Of a DNA stretch of 64,000 nt, positions 35,870 through 44,957 are shown in pieces. A model generated the notes under the pieces. That model saw nothing but the letters and a program-made list of their open reading frames with translations. It had not been told where the DNA came from and searched no databases. The position numbers and the translations under genes are program-made. Numbering within the stretch: position 1 is the stretch's first letter; each line of letters opens with the position of its first letter. This stretch comes from Deltaproteobacteria bacterium (GTDB lineage: Bacteria > Desulfobacterota > Desulfobacteria > Desulfobacterales > Desulfatirhabdiaceae): contig JACRBZ010000078.1 in assembly GCA_016219185.1 (NCBI GenBank), positions 4,810 to 68,809 of the forward strand. Reading direction: 5' to 3'.

Positions 35870-37810
35870 GTGCGGCCGGGCAAGGTCGTGTGTTTAAGCG
35901 GGTGCGAATCCCGCCCCGGAAGGAATAGCCAGCCACCGGGTAGCGAGTTCCTGGACAAAATGGGGTAACCCATGAGTTAAGCGTAGAACAGCGAGACGGC
36001 AGGCCGTAAGCCGCAAGGCTGAAGTGATAGAGCCTCGAAATTGACAAACAAGGGAAAGATGACGCTTTTAAGTTAGCGGAAATCCACACGAAACCGGCGT
36101 AAATGGCGAGTCGATGTAGTTTCCCCGGGGTCTGAGAGCATGGCATGTCGGATATTGTGAACACACGGGAACCCGGGAGGCCCTGGAACCCCTTGCATGG
36201 AAGCGAGTATGCCTGACAACTGATAATAAAGGGAGAATGGCAAACGGGACTCAGGGAGTCGGATGGCGCCGTAGTACCGGTGAAGGCGGGTAATGCCGCT
36301 GGAGGAAAGGGCGCCACATCAGTAAAACCGTTGATAAGGAGACATGAACTGTGCTCAGCAACAGTGAGAGCGTGGAAACGAAATTGCAGCGGATAGCCGA
36401 GAAGGCCCGTAAAGATCCGGATTGTCAGTTCACCAGCTTGTTTCATCTGATGGACATAGATCTTTTGCGGGGGTGCTTTGAGGGGCTGAGGAAGGAAGCC
36501 GCTTCGGGTATCGACAGAGTCACCAAAGAAGAGTACGGAAAGGATCTGGAAGGCAATCTGTCCAGGTTGGTTGAGCGGTTGCACAGGATGTCGTACATTC
36601 CGCAGCCGGTTCTCAGGGTGTACATCCCAAAGCCGGGAAGCACGAAGCAGAGGCCGCTGGGGATTCCTTCCCTGGAAGACAAGCTGGTGCAGTCGGGGCT
36701 TGTTCGGATACTGGAGGCGATCTATGAGGGGGATTTCATAGAAGACTCCTATGGATTCCGGCCGGGACGCGGTTGTCACGATGCACTGCGGACGCTGAGC
36801 CTGGAGGTTGAAGGTGGCAGTGTTCATATCATCGTAGAGGCTGACATCAAAGGGTTCTTTGATAATGTTCAGCACGACTGGATGATGGAGTTTTTGGGCC
36901 ACCGGATAGCCGATAAGCGGGTGCTGCGCTATGTGAAGCGATTTCTGATAGCCGGGATACTGGAAGATGGGGTGTTCAGAGCAACGGAAGAAGGCTCTCC
37001 GCAAGGGGGGAATATTTCGCCAATGCTTTCCAACGTCTATCTTCATTATGCTCTTGATCTGTGGTTTACACGGCTGTTCGTCAAGAGTTGTGAAGGTCGG
37101 GCGCGTCTGATCCGCTACTGTGACGACTTTGTGGTCTGTTTTCAACGAAAGAGCGACGCGGTGCGGTTTCGGGCGGAACTGGACGGACGGCTTGGCAAGT
37201 TCGGCCTTGAAGTTGCGGCCGAGAAAACCAAGATCCTGGAGTTCGGTCCACTGGCTGAACTGAAAGCAAAGGTCAGAGGTGAGAAGCCCCAGACGTTCGA
37301 CTTTTTGGGGCTGACTCACTTTTGCAGCCGGACGCGGAACGGTAGGCGTTTCCGAATGAAGCGCAAAACCTCGCGGAAGAAGTTCAAGGCCAAACTGCTT
37401 GCATTCAAGGAATGGCTGAAGAAGAGCCGCACACTGCCTACCCCGGAATTGATGAAAACGGCTGCCGCGAAGCTGAGGGGGCATTTTGCCTACTACGGGG
37501 TGACGGACAACTCGCAGGGAATCGCTCGATTCGACCACGAGATCAGGAAGCTGCTCTTCAAATGGCTGAACCGCCGAGGGAAAAGGGGATGCATGTCCTG
37601 GGAGAAGTTTGCGAAGCTCTTGGGGAAATACCCCCTGCCGAAGCCGCGGATCACGGTGAATCTGTTCGCTACAAGGTGAATGTACTGATGAGGAGCCGTG
37701 TGCGTAAATAGCGCCAGCACGGTTCTGAGAGGGGCCGGGGACAATGGCGGAAATAGGATGATATGTCGATGACACGTAGTAGCCGCGTGCGGCAAGGCGT
37801 ATGTAAAAGT
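35870..37810 (+). mobile_element. Bacterial group II intron (ribozyme plus RT/maturase); 3' boundary approximate
   Basis: 5' GTGCG at 35870. RT ORF in the domain IV position. Domain V-like GAGCCGTGTGCGTAAATAGCGCCAGCACGGTTC at 37693-37725. I could not fold domain VI or locate the exact 3' splice site. Confidence 0.8.
36351..37679 (+). CDS. Group II intron reverse transcriptase/maturase (no endonuclease domain evident)
   Basis: RT blocks RVYIPKPGSTKQRPLGIPSLEDKLVQ, SYGFRPGRGCHDAL, PQGGNISPMLSNVYL and LIRYCDDFVVCF (YxDD). Maturase X domain FLGLTH...HFAYYG. Confidence 0.9.
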   Translation: MLSNSESVETKLQRIAEKARKDPDCQFTSLFHLMDIDLLRGCFEGLRKEAASGIDRVTKEEYGKDLEGNLSRLVERLHRMSYIPQPVLRVYIPKPGSTKQRPLGIPSLEDKLVQSGLVRILEAIYEGDFIEDSYGFRPGRGCHDALRTLSLEVEGGSVHIIVEADIKGFFDNVQHDWMMEFLGHRIADKRVLRYVKRFLIAGILEDGVFRATEEGSPQGGNISPMLSNVYLHYALDLWFTRLFVKSCEGRARLIRYCDDFVVCFQRKSDAVRFRAELDGRLGKFGLEVAAEKTKILEFGPLAELKAKVRGEKPQTFDFLGLTHFCSRTRNGRRFRMKRKTSRKKFKAKLLAFKEWLKKSRTLPTPELMKTAAAKLRGHFAYYGVTDNSQGIARFDHEIRKLLFKWLNRRGKRGCMSWEKFAKLLGKYPLPKPRITVNLFATR

Positions 37811-38992
37811 TCATCTATTGTCGTATCCCCTATTTTCTAAATTGACCCGGTCTACTCGACATGCACAAATTCCCTCCTTTGGAAAAGGGGGGTTAGGGGG
37901 GATTTCTGCAACCGGCCGATAAAATGCGTCTCTTTCCACGGGCGCGTAGCCGGCGGAAGTGACAAGGTATTTCAACTGATCCCGGGTCAGTCCCTTGGGA
38001 GAAGTTGCTCCGGCCTCATGGGATATTCTTTCCTCGATAATGGTTCCGTCCAGATCATCGGCGCCGAATGAAAGCGCCAGTTGCGCCAGTTTTTCTCCGA
38101 TCATCACCCAGTAGGCCTTGATGTGGGGAAAGTTATCCAGCATTAGCCGGGATATGGCAATGGTCTTCAAGTCATCAAAAGCGGTTGTGGCCGGAAGATG
38201 GGAAAGGCCGGTATTGGCCGAATGAAAGGCCAGGGGAATAAACGCGCAAAACCCCGAGGTTCTGTCCTGTAAGTCTCTTAATGCCATCAGATGATTGAGC
38301 CGCTCCGCATGGGTTTCGATGTGTCCGTACAGCAGGGTGGCATTGGTCATCAGCCCGGCTTTGTGAGCCGTTTCCATGATGTCCAGCCATCTTTTCCCGT
38401 TGATCTTGCCGGGAAACAGACTGTCGTGAATTCGGCTGCTTAAGACCTCGGCCCCGCCGCCGGGGAGCATGGCAAGGCCTGACTTTTTAAGTTTTTTGAT
38501 CACATCTTCAACGGAAAGCGCGGCATTTTTGGCAATAAAATCCAGCTCAACCGCCGTAAACGCCTTAAGGGTGGCTCCGGGTCTGGCTTCCCTGGCCGTT
38601 TCAAGGAGTTTTGTGTAGTATTCAAACGGCAGATCCGGATTAAGCCCCCCGACGATGTGCAGCTCTGTTATGGGCTCATCAATTCTTGAAAGAATGCGCT
38701 GCCGGATATCCGACGCGGTCCAGGCATAGGCGCCGGAGTCCCCTAAGTTTTTGGCATAGGCGCAGAATCGGCAGTGGCTGACGCAGACATTCGTATAATT
38801 GATGTGCTGATTGTACACGTAATAGGCGCGATTCCCATTGAGCCGTTTTCTTACGATATCGGCCAGTTGGCCAATTCTTGCAATATCGTTGCTCTCAAAG
38901 AGAAACAGGCCGTCCTCAAACTCCAGCCGTTCCTGCGAGAGCACCTTGTCCCGGATAATACTGAAGCGATCCGTCATAGTGGATGTCCGCAT
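37811..38992 (-). CDS. mqnE: Radical SAM aminofutalosine synthase
   Basis: AYYVYNQHINYTNVCVSHCRFCAYA (CxxxCxxC). Paralogous to the 34735-35817 gene. The E versus C assignment is tentative. Confidence 0.65.
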   Translation of the reverse strand: MRTSTMTDRFSIIRDKVLSQERLEFEDGLFLFESNDIARIGQLADIVRKRLNGNRAYYVYNQHINYTNVCVSHCRFCAYAKNLGDSGAYAWTASDIRQRILSRIDEPITELHIVGGLNPDLPFEYYTKLLETAREARPGATLKAFTAVELDFIAKNAALSVEDVIKKLKKSGLAMLPGGGAEVLSSRIHDSLFPGKINGKRWLDIMETAHKAGLMTNATLLYGHIETHAERLNHLMALRDLQDRTSGFCAFIPLAFHSANTGLSHLPATTAFDDLKTIAISRLMLDNFPHIKAYWVMIGEKLAQLALSFGADDLDGTIIEERISHEAGATSPKGLTRDQLKYLVTSAGYAPVERDAFYRPVAEIPPNPPFPKEGICACRVDRVNLENRGYDNR

Positions 38993-39150
38993 GATGAATA
39001 ATATTTAATATCTTGAAAGTTATAAAAAATGTCCGTAAACAGCGATGAGTTTATGACAAGTGACCACTTGGTCACTATTTATAAATTAATCAAAAACCGC
39101 TATTATTGCAAGAAATTTTTATGATAAAAACCGCTGGGGGGCACATCGCA

Positions 39151-40083
39151 TTATGCTTGACGTAACGAATAAGTATCCCTATCGGATGATCGTAGGCTTT
39201 CGAGACAAGCGGACACGCGATTTTGCTGAAGGAAAACGGGTAAGGGCTTTAGCGAATTCTGTACACAAAGCAGAGGCAAGGCTGGACCAGCAAGAGGTGC
39301 ATTATGGGACGCAGTGCCATACATCCTGGCGAACATATTGTTGAGCGCACGCAGCTCGTCTTTATCGAGATAGTTTTTCGCGATGAAGACATCGGTCTTG
39401 CGAACCTTTGTACCCCGCCAGTTGGTGAGGCCCATACGGGGCTTCTCGCTGTCCGCGCGCTCGTGAATGATCTCGGCGGCGGTCTTTCCCGTGATGGCCC
39501 AGTGCAGCTTGTTTTGGACGGTTTTAAAGAAATCGATGCTGATGGGCAGGGTGGGGTCGTAGTCCACGCTGGTGGCGTAGATATCGGTGATCTTCTGATA
39601 AAACCGCTTTTCGGACGTGCGGATGTCCTGAATGCGGCGCAGGAGCTCATCAAAATAATCAAAGGGCTGATCGGGATTTTTCAGTCGTTCGTCATCCAGC
39701 ACAAACCCTTTGACGATGTATTCCCTGAGTCGCTGTGTGGCCCATTGGCGAAAGCGGGTGGCGATACGGCTCTTGACGCGGTATCCAACGGAGATAATCA
39801 TGTCGAGATTGTAAAAATCCACCATGCGGCCGATGGTGCGTTGCCCCTCTTTTTGAACTATTCGGAATTTCCGAATGGTTGCCTCCGGCATGAGCTCCGC
39901 TTCGTTGTTGATGTTTTTGATATGCTCATTGATGGTGGGGACGGATACCTGAAACAATTCCGCCATCATTTTTTGAGTCAGCCAGACGGTTTCCTGCTCC
40001 AGCCTTACTTCAAGACGTGTATTGCCGTCTTCGGCTTGATAGATGATGATCTGTGAGCTTCCGGATTCAGGTGTATCACTCAT
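39151..40083 (-). pseudogene. rhuM: RhuM-family protein, C-terminal part replaced (homology ends near 39334)
   Basis: IIIYQAEDGNTRLEVRLEQETVWLTQKMMAELFQVSVPTINEHIKNI and ISVGYRVKSRIATRFRQWAT are typical RhuM segments. After ...DELRALNNM the ORF reads antisense through toxin-antitoxin scraps. Confidence 0.55.
39186..39344 (+). pseudogene. HigB-like toxin N-terminal remnant plus about 10 codons of a HigA-like start
   Basis: MIVGFRDKRTRDFAEGKRVRALANSVHKAEARLDQ resembles the HigB/killer-protein N-terminus (I.sFkhK.le.ff..G...). The overlapping frame gives SAIHPGEH (HigA HPGE motif). Both are cut at the rhuM junction. Confidence 0.3.
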
Positions 40084-42164
40084 CCGTTGAGCACCTCCTG
40101 GATCATCCCCTCCGTTTCCTCTTCCAGGGCCAAAATATCGGCACGAATTTCGGCCAGGGAGCGTAGCGGCTTGTATTTGTAAAAGTACCGGGTGAAGCTG
40201 ATTTCATACCCCTTCACGGTCTTGCTTTCATCGATCCACGCATCGGGGACATGGGGGCGGACTTCACGTTCAAAGTATTCTGAGATGTCCTCCTTCAAGG
40301 GAATGTTTTCATAATCCCTCAAACCGGTATCCGACTCTGGATTGCCTTTGCCGTCCATGCAGATATCGGCCGTTTCATCCCGTTCGGACAGGGCCTTCAT
40401 AATCGCATTTTTCAGCGGCGCGGAAATCTTGAGCCCGCTCCCCCTGATGGCGGCCTTGAGATCGGCATCGAAGACATCGCGATTTGTGTAGCACTTTCCG
40501 CTCTCCAGGGTTCGCAGCATGGCTCTGATGCCGGCTTGAAGCTGTCGGCCGGCTTCTATTTCCTCTTGACCGGCAGCACCTTTTCTTTTGGATTGGGCAA
40601 GGTTGGCAAAGGCGGTTTCGTCGTCAAGCCGGTCGATGCGTTCCTCGTTTGCCTGAAAGTTAAGTCTCAACGGTCGTTCAACCGTAATTCGCCAATACCC
40701 GAAATCGTCGTTGGCGAATATCTTGCTGACAATGACATCTTCCGCTTTGCCGTTTGTGGCAACTTTTCGGGTATCGTTGTGCCTGAAGTCGCCATATATT
40801 TGCGTGATCTCTCCGATCTGATCCGGTTTACCGTCTTCCCCGTCACCGATTTCATTGCGCTTGTTGCCAAGGCTGCGGCTCATCTTCTGGTAAAAGCGTT
40901 CGGACGCAGCATTGATCAACTGTACCTTGCCTTTGCGCACCGTCGTTTTTCGATTCGTAAGAACCCAGACGTAGGTAAAGATGCCGGTATTATAGAATAG
41001 CTGGTCAGGCATGGCGATGATGGCTTCGAGCATGTCGTTTTCGATGATCCACTTGCGGATATTGCTCTCGCCGCTGCCCGCCCCTCCGGAAAAGAGAGGC
41101 GAGCCGTTGAAGACGATGCCAATGCGCGAGCCGCCGTTCACCTCCTGCATTTTGGAGATCATATGTTGAAGAAACAAGAAGGACCCGTCCGAAATGCGCG
41201 GAAGCCCGGCGCCGAAACGGCCCGCATAGCCTTTAACCTCATGTTCCTTTTGAATGTGGGATTGAACCTTTTTCCACTCAACGCCAAAAGGGGGATTGGA
41301 GAGCATGTAGTCGAATTGTTCTCCTTCCAAGCCGTCAACGGTAAACGAATTGCCGAATTTGATATTGCTGACGTCCTGTCCCTTGATGAGCATGTCGGAT
41401 TTGCAGATGGCATAGGATTCCGGATTGATCTCCTGACCGAAGACGACGGGTTTGGCATCCGGGTTGAGCTCCTTGATGTATTCTTCGGCTACCGACAACA
41501 TGCCCCCGGTCCCGCAAGCCGGGTCGTAGATGGTTTTGACAATGCCTTTTCTTGTGAGCATGTCCCTGTCGTTTAGAAACAGAACATTGACCATGAGTTT
41601 GATGACTTCGCGGGGCGTGAAGTGCTCTCCGGCAGTTTCATTGGAAAGCTCCGAGAATTTGCGGATCAATTCCTCGAACACATAGCCCATTTCCATGGGG
41701 GACACGGTCTGCGGGTGCAAATCCATTGCTGAGAAACGATTGACCACCATAAAAAGCAGATTGGCCTCATCCAGGCGGGTAATATGGTCTCCAAAATTGA
41801 AGTATTCAATGATTTCCCGGCCATTGGCGGAAAAACCGTTGATAAAGTTTTTCAGGTTGACGGCAATATTGTTGGGCTCTTCCTTCAGTTTTTGAAAGGT
41901 GTACTTGCTGGTATTGTGGAACGATAGTCCTGCGATTCTATTCAAAACTGGTTCAAGGTTTTTCAGCTTCATTGCCTTTGCCTCGTTTTCAATAAAATCG
42001 AGTACTTTTTGTTTGGTCGGCTCCAGCACGCAATCCAGCCGGCGTAATATCGTAAACGGCAAAATCACCTTGCCATAATCCGCCTGCTTGTAATCGCCGC
42101 GAAGCAAATCCGCCACGCTCCATATGAAACTGGCAAGCTCCTTTGTCTTTTCACTTCGTGCCAT
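40080..42164 (-). CDS. hsdM: Type I restriction-modification system methyltransferase subunit (HsdM), long form. No hsdS or hsdR in the window.
   Basis: HsdM N-domain FIWSVADLLRGDYKQADYGKVILPFTILRRLD, SAM motif DPACGTGGML, and catalytic NPPF (MLSNPPFGVEW). Confidence 0.85.
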   Translation of the reverse strand: MARSEKTKELASFIWSVADLLRGDYKQADYGKVILPFTILRRLDCVLEPTKQKVLDFIENEAKAMKLKNLEPVLNRIAGLSFHNTSKYTFQKLKEEPNNIAVNLKNFINGFSANGREIIEYFNFGDHITRLDEANLLFMVVNRFSAMDLHPQTVSPMEMGYVFEELIRKFSELSNETAGEHFTPREVIKLMVNVLFLNDRDMLTRKGIVKTIYDPACGTGGMLSVAEEYIKELNPDAKPVVFGQEINPESYAICKSDMLIKGQDVSNIKFGNSFTVDGLEGEQFDYMLSNPPFGVEWKKVQSHIQKEHEVKGYAGRFGAGLPRISDGSFLFLQHMISKMQEVNGGSRIGIVFNGSPLFSGGAGSGESNIRKWIIENDMLEAIIAMPDQLFYNTGIFTYVWVLTNRKTTVRKGKVQLINAASERFYQKMSRSLGNKRNEIGDGEDGKPDQIGEITQIYGDFRHNDTRKVATNGKAEDVIVSKIFANDDFGYWRITVERPLRLNFQANEERIDRLDDETAFANLAQSKRKGAAGQEEIEAGRQLQAGIRAMLRTLESGKCYTNRDVFDADLKAAIRGSGLKISAPLKNAIMKALSERDETADICMDGKGNPESDTGLRDYENIPLKEDISEYFEREVRPHVPDAWIDESKTVKGYEISFTRYFYKYKPLRSLAEIRADILALEEETEGMIQEVLNG

Positions 42165-42354
42165 TAAATACTCCAGTGATTATTCCCAAATTAGTCTGGT
42201 GTTGAGATTGTACCTATCGCTAATCGCCCTCGAAAAACAAGGAGATTCTTTTTGCTGAATTGAATCATCAAATGCTGAATTTAATTTATTTGGAGACTGA
42301 TGCTGTATGATATTTCAGAATCACTTGCCAATTTTATTTACTGAAATTAATCCT

Positions 42355-42536
42355 GCCCGTGAACGGATTCGTTTTCCATGATTTGCGGCGCTCGTTTGTA
42401 ATGGGGTTGAGACAGGCAGAGATTTATGAAGACGGGATATTACAGATCGCACCGGTCACAGTACCGGGAAATGTTTGACCGATACAATGGCGTTGACTTT
42501 GATGACATGAAAGAAGCGGTAAGCAAAATTGGGTAA
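42355..42536 (+). pseudogene. Tyrosine recombinase (phage integrase) C-terminal remnant, frameshifted
   Basis: Frame A gives IRFHDLRRSFVMGLRQAEI (HDLRR box II). Frame B gives ...SHRSQYREMFDRYNGVDFDDMKEAVSKIG (GH...M..RYn.vd.edl.eAv tail with the catalytic Tyr). The rest of the gene is absent. Confidence 0.5.
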
Positions 42537-42552
42537 AATTAGCCATGAACAA

Positions 42553-42592
42553 AATAAGCCCTTACGAAGGATGATTTTCGTAAGGGCTTATT
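42553..42592 (-). terminator. Rho-independent terminator downstream of tRNA-Leu (bidirectional shape)
   Basis: AATAAGCCCTTACGAA / TTCGTAAGGGCTTATT 16-bp stem with an 8-nt loop and T-runs on both strands. Confidence 0.65.
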
Positions 42593-42598
42593 TTATTA

Positions 42599-42684
42599 TG
42601 GTGCCGAAGGCCGGATTTGAACCGGCACGCCCGTAGAGCGCTACCCCCTCAAGATAGTGTGTCTACCAATTCCACCACTTCGGC
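42599..42684 (-). tRNA. leuU: tRNA-Leu (anticodon GAG)
   Basis: 86-nt cloverleaf read on the minus strand: acceptor GCCGAAG/CTTCGGC, anticodon stem CTATC/GGTAG, loop TTGAGGG, long variable arm, T-arm GCCGG-TTCAAAT-CCGGC, encoded CCA. The secG-tRNA-Leu synteny is the same as in E. coli. Confidence 0.9.
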
Positions 42685-42746
42685 ATGGGATAAGGCTGTT
42701 TTCGCGACGATAAAATCTCGGCGGCGAAAAACAGCCTTGAGGCAAT

Positions 42747-43118
42747 CTATTTTTTTGGAGCACTTTCCGGCTGCGGCTGGGAAGGTGCTGCTGGTTGGGG
42801 TGCGTCCTGCGCTGCGTCTGTCTTGCTTTCCGAAGTTGCGGGCGCAGATACCGGAGCCGGCGTGTTCGTCATGATGGATTTACCGGTTCGGTTACTGGAC
42901 ATATAGGCCAATGCGAGCGAGGTAAGCATGAAAACGATTGCGGCCACGGTTGTCGCTTTGCTCAGAAACGTTGAAGCTCCGGTGCTGCCGAAAAGGGACT
43001 GGCTGGATCCGCCGCCGAAAGCCGCTCCCATATCGGCGCCCTTGCCGGTCTGGAGCAGAACGATCATAATAAGCGCAACACACACAATAACATGAATAAA
43101 AATCAATAAAACGGACAT
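42747..43118 (-). CDS. secG: Preprotein translocase subunit SecG with an Ala/Pro-rich C-terminal tail
   Basis: VALIMIVLLQTGKGADMGAAFGGGSSQSLFGSTGASTFLSK is the conserved SecG core. Confidence 0.85.
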   Translation of the reverse strand: MSVLLIFIHVIVCVALIMIVLLQTGKGADMGAAFGGGSSQSLFGSTGASTFLSKATTVAAIVFMLTSLALAYMSSNRTGKSIMTNTPAPVSAPATSESKTDAAQDAPQPAAPSQPQPESAPKK

Positions 43119-43138
43119 GAGCTACCGTATTTTTCGGG

Positions 43139-43906
43139 TTAATGGTGAAAATGGATGATGCTGTTGAATACTTTTGCCGAAAGACTGGCACCGCCGACCA
43201 GCGCGCCGTCTACATCCGGCATATTCATGATTTCCGTAGCATTATCAGGTTTAACGCTGCCACCATACAGAATTCTAACTGATTTGGCAAGCAGATTATC
43301 AAAGCGTTTTTCAACGAGCGATCGCAGAAACGCATGAACTTCCTGAACCTGATCAATGGTTGCGGTTTTGCCCGTGCCAATCGCCCAAACCGGCTCATAG
43401 GCAATGACAAGTATGCCCGATAACGCTTCGGACGAAAAGCCTTCTAAACCCTTTGTAACCTGTTTGTCAAGTACGGAAAACGTTTCCCCGGCTTCCCGCT
43501 GTGTTTCTGTTTCTCCCACGCAAAAGACGGGGATCAATTGATGATCGAGCGCCGCCCGGATTTTGGAATTCACCGATTCATCGGTATCCCCGAAAAACTG
43601 CCGACGTTCGGAATGTCCGACGATCACATATCGGCAGCCGATGTCGGAAAGCATTACCGGCGATATTTCACCGGTAAAAGCGCCTTCTTTTTTCGAGAAA
43701 AGGTTCTGCGCGCCCAGGGAAACGTTCGTTCCCCTGACGACTTCGGCAACCGGTGCCAGGGCTGTGAAGGGAGGTGCGATCATCACATCGACATCCACCG
43801 TGGCAGTGTACTGAACCAGTTCCCTTGCAGTTTCGACAGCCTCGCGAACGGTTTTGTACATTTTCCAGTTTCCGGCAATAAGCGGTTTTCGAAGGGTCGG
43901 GTTCAT
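43139..43906 (-). CDS. tpiA: Triose-phosphate isomerase
   Basis: LIAGNWKM, VGHSERR and AYEPVWAIGTGKTA motifs. Confidence 0.92.
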   Translation of the reverse strand: MNPTLRKPLIAGNWKMYKTVREAVETARELVQYTATVDVDVMIAPPFTALAPVAEVVRGTNVSLGAQNLFSKKEGAFTGEISPVMLSDIGCRYVIVGHSERRQFFGDTDESVNSKIRAALDHQLIPVFCVGETETQREAGETFSVLDKQVTKGLEGFSSEALSGILVIAYEPVWAIGTGKTATIDQVQEVHAFLRSLVEKRFDNLLAKSVRILYGGSVKPDNATEIMNMPDVDGALVGGASLSAKVFNSIIHFHH

Positions 43907-44910
43907 CAGAGCTGTTCTCCTATCATGGCGGCAAGGTCAACCATTCGGGTGGAATATCCGGTTTCATTATCGTACCAGGACATGACTTTGACCATGTCTT
44001 GAACGACAAATGTCGAGATTGCGTCCACTGTGGATGAATAGGCCGATCCGTTGAAATCGGAGGATACCAGCGGCAGATCGCAATAGGACAGAATTCCGGA
44101 AAGAGATCCTTCAGCCGCTTCTTTAAGGGCGCCATTGACGTCCGCCACGGTTACGCCGGATTTTTCGATGGTTGCGACAAAATCCACGATGGAAACGTTG
44201 GGAGTCGGAACCCGAATGGCAAGGCCGTTCAATTTGCCGGCCAGTTCCGGAAGCACCAGCGAAACAGCCTTTGCAGCGCCTGTCGTGGTCGGAATCATTG
44301 ACAGGGCCGCGGCTCTGGCCCTTCGCAGATCCTTGTGGGGAAAGTCGAGCAGACGCTGATCCCCGGTATAAGAATGAATGGTTGTCATCAAGCCGCAGCG
44401 AATGCCGAAGCTTTCCAGCAGTACTTTGGCTACCGGAGCCAGGCAGTTGGTCGTACAGGAGGCATTTGAGATAATGTGGTGTTTGCGGGGATCGTAGCTG
44501 TTGCCGTTAACCCCGAGAACAATGGTGATGTCCGGATTTTTCGCGGGTGCGGAAATGATGACTTTTTTTGCGCCTGCGGCAAGATGCTTGGACGTGTTTT
44601 CCTTATCCGTGAAAAGTCCCGTGCACTCGGCGACGATATCAACGCCCAGGTCCTTCCATTCCAGTTTGGCGGGATCTTTGATACTGGTAACGGCAACGGT
44701 CTTTCCGCCGACTTCAATCGCTCCATCCTTTCCGGTAACAACCTCGGACAGCTTGCCATGAACCGAGTCATAAGCCAGAAGATGTGCCATTGTCGTGGCA
44801 TCTGTAAGATCATTGATGGCCACCACTTCAACATCCGAACGGTTCATGGCCGCTCTGAAAACCAGTCTTCCAATTCTACCAAAACCATTTATCCCTAACT
44901 TGATACTCAT
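43906..44910 (-). CDS. gap: Type I glyceraldehyde-3-phosphate dehydrogenase
   Basis: GINGFGRIGRLVFR, SNASCTTNCLAP and WYDNETGYS motifs. Confidence 0.93.
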   Translation of the reverse strand: MSIKLGINGFGRIGRLVFRAAMNRSDVEVVAINDLTDATTMAHLLAYDSVHGKLSEVVTGKDGAIEVGGKTVAVTSIKDPAKLEWKDLGVDIVAECTGLFTDKENTSKHLAAGAKKVIISAPAKNPDITIVLGVNGNSYDPRKHHIISNASCTTNCLAPVAKVLLESFGIRCGLMTTIHSYTGDQRLLDFPHKDLRRARAAALSMIPTTTGAAKAVSLVLPELAGKLNGLAIRVPTPNVSIVDFVATIEKSGVTVADVNGALKEAAEGSLSGILSYCDLPLVSSDFNGSAYSSTVDAISTFVVQDMVKVMSWYDNETGYSTRMVDLAAMIGEQL

Positions 44911-44957
44911 ATAAAATCCTCCTTCAAAAGATTAGCTGACAGTTCCGCTCTTTGTCT

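Noticed and set aside
35859-37814. A 651-aa minus-strand ORF, the longest non-annotated ORF in the window.
   Set aside because: It lies exactly antisense to the group II intron and its RT gene. It is Pro/Arg/Ser-rich with no motifs and runs into the mqnC start region. This is an open antisense frame of a GC-rich element.
37861-37905. A GC-rich run (TCCCTCCTTTGGAAAAGGGGGGTTAGGGGGGA) at the 3' end of mqnE, encoding ...PPNPPFPKEG..., considered as a repeat element or intron target hairpin.
   Set aside because: I could not fold it into a convincing stem, and it is in frame within the ORF. Its relation to the intron insertion site is unproven.
39304-40056. A 250-aa plus-strand ORF opposite rhuM.
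   Set aside because: Apart from its first ~10 codons (the HigA-like HPGE scrap), it is simply the antisense frame of rhuM.
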